A stretch of DNA of 64,000 bases from Bacilli bacterium. GTDB taxonomy: Bacteria > Bacillota_I > Bacilli_A > ML615J-28 > CAG-313. Below the pieces are notes generated by a model, which was not told the DNA's origin, ran no database searches, and worked only from the letters and a program-made list of their open reading frames with translations. The stretch's first letter is position 1; each line of letters opens with the position of its first letter. Below, piece by piece: positions 49,199 through 57,038 of the stretch. The stretch lies in assembly GCA_017501465.1 (NCBI GenBank), contig JAFVWY010000009.1, positions 115,092 to 179,091 of the forward strand, read 5' to 3'. The translations under genes were made by a program, and so were the position numbers.

Positions 49199-49831
49199 AT
49201 GAGTTATATACAAATTAGAATTGATGATGAATTAAAAGAAGAAGCTGTAAAATTGTTTAATGAATTAGGTTTAGATTTATCTACAGCTATTCGTCTTTTT
49301 CTAAAGAAAAGTATTGATGATAAAAAAATGCCCTTTAAATTAAAAGGCAAGGGACGTGACGATTCTAAAGATGTTAAATACCGATTAAGAGCAGATGTAA
49401 TGGTACCACCTAATACTAACCCGTTTGAAGTAATGGATGAATTTATCCGAGTTTGTAATGAGAATGAATGGTACTGTTTAGGTGGTGGTGTACAATATCC
49501 TAATAAAGTCTTGACACTTTCAAAACCGGATGATGACATATATTATCACGGTTCACCATTTAAAATTGAAACTTTAAAAGAAGGGTTTGATTTTACGCCA
49601 TTTAAAGAACTTGCAATTTCATTTGGAAGTAAGCCATCACATATATCTATTAATGAGGGGAAAGTTAGCCATGATGGGATTAAATATCCTGTATATTTAT
49701 ATCAAATTGATGAAGACATAAAACTTGAAAAAGATTTTATTAATCATCCAAATTCAGCATTTGATAAAGGAATGGAATTCCGTTCTAAACGTGATTTAAA
49801 ATTAAAGTTGATAGATGTTATTAATGAGTAG
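49199..49831 (+). CDS. RelB/DinJ-type ribbon-helix-helix antitoxin-like domain fused to ~160-aa domain of unknown function
   Basis: N-terminal MSYIQIRIDDELKEEAVKLFNELGLDLSTAIRLFLKKSI matches the DinJ/RelB antitoxin family. The C-terminal domain has no recognised motif. Promoter 49147..49175 upstream. Confidence 0.55.
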   Translation: MSYIQIRIDDELKEEAVKLFNELGLDLSTAIRLFLKKSIDDKKMPFKLKGKGRDDSKDVKYRLRADVMVPPNTNPFEVMDEFIRVCNENEWYCLGGGVQYPNKVLTLSKPDDDIYYHGSPFKIETLKEGFDFTPFKELAISFGSKPSHISINEGKVSHDGIKYPVYLYQIDEDIKLEKDFINHPNSAFDKGMEFRSKRDLKLKLIDVINE

Positions 49832-49840
49832 GTGAATATT

Positions 49841-50839
49841 ATGGAAAAACAATATGGTCAAATCATTATATATAAGACACCTGATGGCAACACAAAATTA
49901 GAAGTTAAATTTTATGAAGATACTGTTTGGTTATCACAAGAACAACTTGTAGAACTTTACGGGTCTAGTAAATCCAATATTAGTGAACATATTAAACACA
50001 TATTTGAAGAAGGTGAACTAGATGAAAATTCAACTGTTCGGAATTTCCGAACAGTTGCTAGTAACGGAAGAACATATAATATAAAGTATTATAATCTAAA
50101 AATGATTATTGCTATTGGATATAGAGTTAGAAGTAATATCGGAACAAATTTTAGAAAATGGGCTACAACAACTTTAGAAGAATATATAGTTAAAGGATTT
50201 TCTATAAACGATGATTTACTAAAACGTGCAGGTGGCGGAAGATATTTTAAAGAACTACTTGCAAGAATAAGAGATATTAGATCTAGCGAAAGAGTGTTTT
50301 GGCGACAAGTTCTGGATATATTTGCAACATCAATAGATTATGATCCTAAACTTGAATTATCACAAGAGTTTTTTAAAACTGTACAAAACAAAATGCACTG
50401 GGCAACTCATGGTCATACTGCTGCTGAGATAATAGTAGAAAGAGCAAATGCTAAAAGAGATTTTATGGGTTTGACTTCATTTGATGGGGATTACCCAACA
50501 AAAGAAGATGCTGAAATTGCTAAAAACTATTTATCAAAAGATGAACTTGATACACTAAATAGAATTGTTTCATTATATTTAGATTTTGATGAACTTATGG
50601 CAAAAGAAGAAAAGCCAATGACGATGAAGGATTGGATAAAACAGCTTGATTATTTTCTAAAAATGAGTAGAAAAGATATATTGACTGGAAGTGGAACTAT
50701 ATCACATATTAAAGCATTAGAACATGCTAGAAAAGAATATAATGATTTTAGTAAGAGAATTTTAACAAATCCAACTGAAAATGAAAAATTATATTTTGAT
50801 AAATTACAACAGTTAATGTTAATAGATAAAAAAGAATAG
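49841..50839 (+). CDS. RhuM-family (virulence protein RhuM-like) protein
   Basis: IIIYKTPDGNTKLEVKFYEDTVWLSQEQLVELYG and KYYNLKMIIAIGYRVRSNIGTNFRKWATTTLEEYIVKGF match the RhuM family N-terminal and central core. AGGTGA RBS before ATG 49841. Starts 10 nt after the upstream stop. Confidence 0.7.
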   Translation: MEKQYGQIIIYKTPDGNTKLEVKFYEDTVWLSQEQLVELYGSSKSNISEHIKHIFEEGELDENSTVRNFRTVASNGRTYNIKYYNLKMIIAIGYRVRSNIGTNFRKWATTTLEEYIVKGFSINDDLLKRAGGGRYFKELLARIRDIRSSERVFWRQVLDIFATSIDYDPKLELSQEFFKTVQNKMHWATHGHTAAEIIVERANAKRDFMGLTSFDGDYPTKEDAEIAKNYLSKDELDTLNRIVSLYLDFDELMAKEEKPMTMKDWIKQLDYFLKMSRKDILTGSGTISHIKALEHARKEYNDFSKRILTNPTENEKLYFDKLQQLMLIDKKE

Positions 50840-50917
50840 TTTTCAGGTTTTTAAATATTTATGCTAATCTCATCAGAGTTTTTGCATTATGGTATAGCTT
50901 TCCGTTTCAATAATTTA

Positions 50918-50962
50918 AATTCCCGGTTTTTACTTAGATGCCGGGAATTATTTGTAATTTTA
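50918..50962 (+). terminator. intrinsic terminator after the RhuM gene
   Basis: aattcccgg / ccgggaatt 9-bp inverted repeat with 14-nt loop, followed by atttgtaatttt. Confidence 0.55.
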
Positions 50963-50992
50963 ATAAAAATAACACGCATACAGTCAGAAACT

Positions 50993-51099
50993 CCCCTGGT
51001 CCACTAAAAATAATTTCGTCTGGTTTGTTGAAATAACAATCCAGTTGTTAATTTAATTTTGATCTTGATTTTGCAAACAAAATTCTTATATGCTATAAT
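50993..51099 (+). repeat. att-like module copy C (degenerate): tmRNA-3'-end-like core, ctgg..ccag hairpin, TTGCAA-17-TGcTATAAT promoter
   Basis: cctggtccactaaaaataatttcgtctggtttgttgaaataacaatccag aligns to copy A (cctagtccaccattagaatacacgccactttgttgaaaaatgaagtgg). Promoter at 51071..51099. Confidence 0.55.
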
Positions 51100-51132
51100 T
51101 TCAATGAAATGATATTCATAGGAGGTAAAATT

Positions 51133-51999
51133 ATGAAAATAATACATATGATTGATGATTACAAAATATTATGTAAAGATATAGAATCTATGGGTAAATA
51201 TGAAGCATATAAAGCATATATAAAAAAATATCCTTATTTCTTTGAAGGTGTATTAAAATATTTATATTGCCAACCAATAGAGAATTTAAAAGAAATGATT
51301 GAGAATGTTAATTTTCATTTATTATTAAAAACAGCAGAAGAAAATTATGAAACTGGTAAAGTGGATTATATTATTGAGTTTATGAATAAATTTATCAAAA
51401 AAATGAATGTTGATTTTGATTTTTCATTTCTTATAGGTATAGAAATGGGGAATATTGGAGGATGTGCAACTCCGTGTGATACAGGGGACCCTCATTTGTA
51501 TATAGGAATAGATAAACCGTTAGATAAACAAAAGATTGGTATGCTTATTTCGCATGAACTATATCATATGTTAAGGGCATATATGACTCAAGGGAGTACA
51601 GCGGATACGGTGTTTTCTAGAATGGTAGAAGAAGGATTAGCATCATATTCATCATTATGGGCTCATGATATGGAATGGAACACGGTTAATATTGCAAAGA
51701 CATTGGGCGTATCTGAAAAACAAGCAAATAATTTATTAAATAATACAAATGCCCTATTAGAAAGAATTGTTAATGATGGTGAAAAACCGATCTCAGTAGA
51801 GACAATGACTGAATATTTTATTGCTGATATGAATGATGTGGAGTTTCCAGTTATAGGATACTATGTTGGATTATATCTTGCACATTTATCTATAGAGCAA
51901 GGGATAGATTTTGAAAGTTTTATTTCAATGTCACAAAATGATATAATTGACATGTGGTTAAAACAAATACTGACACTTAAATGTATAAAAAATAATTAA
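51133..51999 (+). CDS. putative zinc metallopeptidase (HExxH; DUF2268-like)
   Basis: SHELYHML HExxH motif in a helical context. GGAGG RBS before ATG 51133. Own promoter embedded in repeat copy C. Confidence 0.5.
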   Translation: MKIIHMIDDYKILCKDIESMGKYEAYKAYIKKYPYFFEGVLKYLYCQPIENLKEMIENVNFHLLLKTAEENYETGKVDYIIEFMNKFIKKMNVDFDFSFLIGIEMGNIGGCATPCDTGDPHLYIGIDKPLDKQKIGMLISHELYHMLRAYMTQGSTADTVFSRMVEEGLASYSSLWAHDMEWNTVNIAKTLGVSEKQANNLLNNTNALLERIVNDGEKPISVETMTEYFIADMNDVEFPVIGYYVGLYLAHLSIEQGIDFESFISMSQNDIIDMWLKQILTLKCIKNN

Positions 52000-52118
52000 A
52001 TATTAAACGTTTAAGATTTCGTACAAAAACGAGAATTTTTTGCACTATTGATATTTCAAGGGTATAAATTAATGAAAAACGTTAAAAACCATATAAAAGG
52101 ATAAGTTATTATCAAATT

Positions 52119-52233
52119 GGACGCGGGTGGAAACAAGTAGCCACCTAGTCCACCATTAGAACACACGGCACTTTGTTGAAAAATAAAGTGTCTTTTTATA
52201 TTTGTAGTCAATATGAATTTTATATGTTATAAT
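52119..52233 (+). repeat. att-like module copy B: displaced tmRNA 3'-end fragment, hairpin, promoter
   Basis: ggacgcgg...tagtccaccattagaacacacggcactttgttgaaaaataaagtg, then T-run and TAGTCA-17-TGtTATAAT promoter. It has no 5' tRNA-like half and its T-arm is degenerate. Confidence 0.75.
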
Positions 52234-52273
52234 AAAACAAAAGAATTTATTTTTGATTATAAGAGGTAATTAA

Positions 52274-52972
52274 ATGAACCCACAAGTTTTTGGAAAAGAA
52301 CATTTGATTTATATTTTTGTTAGTATAATAGTGGCTTTAGCTGTACTTATCTTAACAAAAAGATTTGCTAAAACAGAAAAGATAAAAAATATTGTAATGA
52401 AAGTTGCAGGTGCAATTTTATTTATAATTATATTTATTAATAGATTAGTGCTTGTTTTTGAATATAATCAAGTAGATTGGATTCAATTTGTACCTGATTC
52501 TATATGTAGCACTTCAAGCTTTGTTTTATCTTTAGCGATATTATTTGGGAAAAAAGATAATAAGGTTCTTCATTTTATTTGGCTTGTTTCTCTTGCGGGA
52601 GGAGTAATAACTACATTTTATCCTAATTTTATTGGACAAAACTCTAAGTTTATGTATCCACCTACAATTTTTGGAATGATGCATCATACTTGGGGTGCAA
52701 TAGTTGTAATACTATTATTTTTGTTGGGATACTTAAAACTTACATATAAAAAATGGTATTGTACTTTGATTGGATTTACATCATATTTATCATATGGCGC
52801 TTTTTTAATGTGTGTATTAAAAATAGGTAATCCTTTATATATGACAGGGCCAGCACTTGATGGCACAATATTTACGATTTGGGTACTAATTCCAATTTAT
52901 TTTGTTGTTTATGGGCTAATATTGGGTGTATTAGAATTAATAAGAAACAAAGATAAACTGTTAAAAAAATAA
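52274..52972 (+). CDS. YwaF-family integral membrane protein
   Basis: Seven TM helices, 232 aa. Overall match to the intramembrane YwaF (TIGR02206-type) family. Confidence 0.5.
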   Translation: MNPQVFGKEHLIYIFVSIIVALAVLILTKRFAKTEKIKNIVMKVAGAILFIIIFINRLVLVFEYNQVDWIQFVPDSICSTSSFVLSLAILFGKKDNKVLHFIWLVSLAGGVITTFYPNFIGQNSKFMYPPTIFGMMHHTWGAIVVILLFLLGYLKLTYKKWYCTLIGFTSYLSYGAFLMCVLKIGNPLYMTGPALDGTIFTIWVLIPIYFVVYGLILGVLELIRNKDKLLKK

Positions 52973-53009
52973 AATAAGTATATTATTAAGCATTATACAT
53001 GGAAGTGAT

Positions 53010-53762
53010 TTGATGAATAAAATTAGATTTTTGAGTGGGAATGCATTAAAAATCATAGGAGCTATCGCTATGTTAATAGATCATATTGGTTTTATGTTTT
53101 TTCCAGACGTTATAGTATTTAGACTTATTGGGCGTTTAGCTTTTCCTATTTTTGCTTTAATGATTTCAGAAGGGGCTAAATATACTAAAAATAAGTTAAG
53201 ATATTTTTTAACTATCTTTTTGTTAGGAGTTATATGTCAGGTTGTCTATTACTTTTTTGATAATCACAGTTTATATATGTCAATCCTTATTACTTTTTCA
53301 ATTTCTATTTTAATAATATATTTACTTCAATTTATAAAATATTTAATTTTTAAGACTACTTTAAATAAAATAATTAAAATTATTTTACCAATTGTATTAT
53401 TATCTATAACAATAACTGGTTTATATTATTTAAATTTATATGTTCAAATCGATTATGGTTTTTGGGGAATTTTAACACCGGTTTTTGCAAGTGTATTTGA
53501 TTTTAAAAATATTAATACTAAAAGTTTTATAAAAAAATTAGATAATTATTATATTAGAATTGCTTTAATGAGTATTGGACTAATCATGTTAACAATTTTT
53601 GGATTTGATTTCCAATGGGCTTGTTTATTATCAATTCCATTATTATTGTTATATTCTGAAAAAAGAGGAAGAATTAAATTAAAGTATTTTTTCTATATTT
53701 TTTATCCTCTTCATTTAGTTTTTTTACAAGGTATTCAAATGTTGTTAACGCTATTAAAATAG
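53010..53762 (+). CDS. TraX-family membrane protein
   Basis: LKIIGAIAMLIDHIGFMFFP and RLIGRLAFPIFALMISEG match the TraX family N-terminal signature. Confidence 0.6.
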   Translation: MMNKIRFLSGNALKIIGAIAMLIDHIGFMFFPDVIVFRLIGRLAFPIFALMISEGAKYTKNKLRYFLTIFLLGVICQVVYYFFDNHSLYMSILITFSISILIIYLLQFIKYLIFKTTLNKIIKIILPIVLLSITITGLYYLNLYVQIDYGFWGILTPVFASVFDFKNINTKSFIKKLDNYYIRIALMSIGLIMLTIFGFDFQWACLLSIPLLLLYSEKRGRIKLKYFFYIFYPLHLVFLQGIQMLLTLLK

Positions 53763-53769
53763 GTGATGT

Positions 53770-54315
53770 ATGAATAAAAATAAAGAAATATATAACATAG
53801 TTTTATCTTCCATTTTTCTTGGTATGGCTTTTGTGTTACCATTTTTAACTGGACAAATTCCAGAAATTGGATCAATGCTTTGTCCTATGCATATTCCTGT
53901 TATTCTTTGTGGATTTATATGTGGTTGGAAATATGGATTATTAGTAGGAGTTTGTTCTCCAATTTTAAGGTCTGTTATTTTAGGTATGCCACCAATGTTC
54001 CCTACAGCTTTTTCAATGTGTTTTGAACTTGGGACATATGGGTTAATATCAGGGTTATTATATAATCAATTATTAAATAAATTTATTAAAAGACGAGAAA
54101 GTTTAATAATCATAACTTTAATTATATCGATGCTTATTGGTAGAGGTGTTTATGGAAGTGTTATGTTTATTTTAATGGGCTTTGGAAAAATTCAATATAG
54201 TATTAAAATGTTTTGGATTGGATCTTTTGTTGAAACTTTACCAGGAATTATTATTCAGATTTTGTTCATACCTTTCATTGTGTTGATTTATGAAAAATAT
54301 AAAACATCAAGATAA
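53770..54315 (+). CDS. ECF-transporter S-component-like small membrane protein (ThiW/QueT-like)
   Basis: Five or six TM helices, 181 aa. PMHIPVIL...LLVGVCSPILRSV pattern like S components. Substrate not assignable. Confidence 0.4.
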   Translation: MNKNKEIYNIVLSSIFLGMAFVLPFLTGQIPEIGSMLCPMHIPVILCGFICGWKYGLLVGVCSPILRSVILGMPPMFPTAFSMCFELGTYGLISGLLYNQLLNKFIKRRESLIIITLIISMLIGRGVYGSVMFILMGFGKIQYSIKMFWIGSFVETLPGIIIQILFIPFIVLIYEKYKTSR

Positions 54316-54508
54316 ATTAGAATATATTTTTTGATTTATTTTGTAAAATAATGTATAACAAATGCGTAAATTTTAAAAATAATTAATATTGTTTTTTGGA
54401 TGAAGTCTGTCAAATTTACGTTTTTACTATGCTTAAAGAACAAGTAGAAATACTTGTTTTTTATTTTATTTCTTTGAAGACTCATAAAAAACTTTAGATG
54501 GAGGTTTT

Positions 54509-54883
54509 ATGGGCTTAGATTTATTACTTGACGGAATAGCGGCCATCACTTGGAAAGAAATCGTAATGTATTGTGTTGGGATTATTTTGATATATCTAGT
54601 AATTCTAAACAACTAGAACCAACTCTATTATTACCAATGGGATTTGGTGCAATTTTGGTTAACATTCCGTTTTCTTCTGTATTAACTCAAGGTAGTACAA
54701 TTGGTGCTATTGAGTGGTTATTTGATGTTGGTATTAATGTTAGTGAAATATTACCACTTTTACTATTTATAGGCATTGGAGTATTGCTTGATTTTGTACC
54801 ATTATTATCTAATCCAAAATTAATATTGCAGGTCAAGTTGCATCTGCAATTGCTGGTGGTGTTGTATTATCATTCTTTATGTA
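54509..54883 (+). pseudogene. frameshifted N-terminal remnant of a Na+-translocating decarboxylase beta subunit (OadB/GcdB/MmdB family)
   Basis: MGLDLLLDGIAAITWKEIVMYCVGIILIYL then stop. Next frame: LEPTLLLPMGFGAILVNIP...PLLLFIGIGVLLDFVPLLSNPK. A third frame reads GQVASAIAGGVV then stop. About 250 aa of the family are missing. GGAGG RBS retained. Confidence 0.5.
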
Positions 54884-55110
54884 GGAGGCAACTAATGTTT
54901 TTAAAAATTAACACTGAACAATTATTACAAGCTTTAGATATAAGTTGGAAATCATTAGTAGCACTTTTTGTCGCAATGCTTCTAATTTATGTTTCAATTA
55001 ATTTCTTGAGTAGTATTAAGAAAAATAAGTTTATTAATTAACTTCATAAGTTTTGCTTATGAAGTTTTTTTATGGTAAAATATTATATGTAAAATTAATC
55101 GAGGTATGAT

Positions 55111-55923
55111 ATGAAGAATGTATTAATAACAGGGGTATCATCTGGTATTGGAAAAGCAGTAAGTGATATCTATATAGAAAAGGGATTTAAAGTTATTGGA
55201 ATTGATAAGAATATTTGTCTAAATAATAATGTATTATTTTTTAACTGTGATATTACATCTACTAACGAACTAAATAATGTTGTTAGCTATTTAAAAGATA
55301 ATAAGATTAATCTAGATTTAATAATAAACATTGCTGGTATTCATAAAATGTTATCTCTTATTGAAGGTGATTTTAGTGATATCAAAAAAGTAATAGATAT
55401 TAATCTTTTAGGAACAATGCAGGTAATAAAGGTATTTCATCCTTTCTTAGTTAAAAAGGGTAGGGTAATAATTGTAACTAGTGAGGTGGCTTCCTTTGAA
55501 CCTTTACCTTTTAATGGCATATACAGTATTTCTAAAATTGCACTTGAATCATATGCTCAAAGTTTAAGACAAGAATTAAACTTACTAGGTCAAAAAGTTA
55601 TTACCTTTAGACCAGGTGCAGTTGAAACTCCACTTGCAAATAACTCAACTTTTGCAACAATGGAGCTTGCTGATAAGACGGTTTTATTTAAGGAACAATC
55701 AAAACATTTTTTAAATATCGTTAAAAAGTTTAGTGGAAAACCTATTAAACCTTCAAAGCTGGCATTAAAGATTTACCGAAAATCTATTAAAAAAAGAGTG
55801 AAATACACATATAAGGTTCATCAAAACTTTGGGTTAATGTTACTAGGTTTGTTACCAAAAAGAACTCAATGTTTTATAATAAAGATGTTACTTAATAGGA
55901 AGACAAAAAAAGGAGATTTATGA
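55111..55923 (+). CDS. short-chain dehydrogenase/reductase (SDR) family oxidoreductase
   Basis: TGVSSGIGKAV Rossmann motif. NIAG. YSISKIA (YxxxK). Confidence 0.8.
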   Translation: MKNVLITGVSSGIGKAVSDIYIEKGFKVIGIDKNICLNNNVLFFNCDITSTNELNNVVSYLKDNKINLDLIINIAGIHKMLSLIEGDFSDIKKVIDINLLGTMQVIKVFHPFLVKKGRVIIVTSEVASFEPLPFNGIYSISKIALESYAQSLRQELNLLGQKVITFRPGAVETPLANNSTFATMELADKTVLFKEQSKHFLNIVKKFSGKPIKPSKLALKIYRKSIKKRVKYTYKVHQNFGLMLLGLLPKRTQCFIIKMLLNRKTKKGDL

Positions 55924-56972
55924 AAAGAATAATTAAAATAGGCGAATATGAAACTGGTTTATTAAATAATATTTGTGATGTTGAAGGTGTTTCAGTTGGT
56001 CACTTTACCATTGATAAAGATAATATTCAAACTGGTTTAACTGTTATTTTGCCTCACCAAGATAATTTATTTCAAAATAAAGTCGTTTCAGCATCTTATG
56101 TTTATAATGGCTTTGGCAAATCTTTAGGTTTAGTTCAAATCGATGAATTGGGTATAATCGAAACTCCTATCGTTTTAACTAATACTTTATCAGTTGGAAA
56201 AGTTAGTGATGGTTTAATTAGTTATATGTTGAAGGATAACAAAGAAATTGGTAGATCAGCATCAACCGTTAATTCTGTTGTTTTGGAATGCAATGATGGT
56301 TCAATTAATGATATTCAAACAAGAGCAATTGAAGAAGAACATTTATTTAACGCTATTAATACTGCTACAAAAGACTTTGAATGTGGAAGTGTTGGCGCAG
56401 GTAGAGGAATGAAGTGCCATGGATTTAAAGGTGGTATTGGCTCAAGCTCTAGAATAATTAATATTGGTAGTGAAACTTATACAATAGGTGTATTGGTTAA
56501 TTCTAATTTTGGTAGTTCAAATGGCAGCGATTTGATTATAAAAGGTAGACAAATGGGACCTTTAATTAAAGACTATGAACTAGAAAAGTTAGAAGATCAA
56601 GGAAGCATAATTGTAGTGATTGCTACTGATTTACCACTAGATTCTAGACAATTAAAAAGAGTTTGTAAAAGAGCAGAACTTGGTATTGCAAGAACTGGAT
56701 CATATGCTGGCAATGGCAGTGGCGATATTATGGTTGCCTTTAGTACAAAAAATATTGTTACTAATAGTGCACCTTGTGAAAAAATTTTAAGATTTAGTGA
56801 TTCATATATAAATATAGTTTTTAAGGCTGTTGTTGATGCTACAGAAGAAGCTGTATTAAATTCAATGTTCTACGCAACAAAAGTCAAAGGATATAATAAT
56901 ATCACATATAAAACGTTAGATGAGTATATTAATTTATACAAAGATTTATTGTTAGACAATAAAGTTTTATAA
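55920..56972 (+). CDS. DmpA/P1-family aminopeptidase (S58)
   Basis: GVSVGHFT, GLTVILP N-terminal DmpA/OAT fold signatures. Coupled to the SDR gene. Confidence 0.65.
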   Translation: MKRIIKIGEYETGLLNNICDVEGVSVGHFTIDKDNIQTGLTVILPHQDNLFQNKVVSASYVYNGFGKSLGLVQIDELGIIETPIVLTNTLSVGKVSDGLISYMLKDNKEIGRSASTVNSVVLECNDGSINDIQTRAIEEEHLFNAINTATKDFECGSVGAGRGMKCHGFKGGIGSSSRIINIGSETYTIGVLVNSNFGSSNGSDLIIKGRQMGPLIKDYELEKLEDQGSIIVVIATDLPLDSRQLKRVCKRAELGIARTGSYAGNGSGDIMVAFSTKNIVTNSAPCEKILRFSDSYINIVFKAVVDATEEAVLNSMFYATKVKGYNNITYKTLDEYINLYKDLLLDNKVL

Positions 56973-57038
56973 TGTATTGACATATATATATAAACTATTG
57001 TAAACTATAGGTAATAAATCAAAAAAAGGAGTTTCAGC

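Larger units (their letters stand above)
49079..52190 (+). mobile_element. integrase-less stacked islets (two cargo blocks) inserted at the tmRNA 3' attachment site
   Basis: Bounded by att-like copies A and B, with a degenerate copy C between the cargo blocks. Cargo is a RelB-fusion plus RhuM pair, then an HExxH peptidase. No recombinase gene present. Confidence 0.55.

Noticed and set aside
52119-52160. Second tRNA-like 3' end (tagtccacca), considered as an extra tRNA or tmRNA gene.
   Set aside because: It has no 5' acceptor strand and no D- or anticodon-like arms, and its T-loop is degenerate. It is a displaced att fragment, not a gene.
54509-54883. Programmed ribosomal frameshifting to make a full OadB.
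   Set aside because: Two shifts are needed and the downstream ~250 aa of the family are absent altogether. Gene decay is the simpler explanation.
54896-55041. 48-aa ORF after the oadB relic, considered as an OadG gamma subunit.
   Set aside because: Single internal TM helix but no similarity to the N-terminally anchored OadG consensus. Left unannotated.
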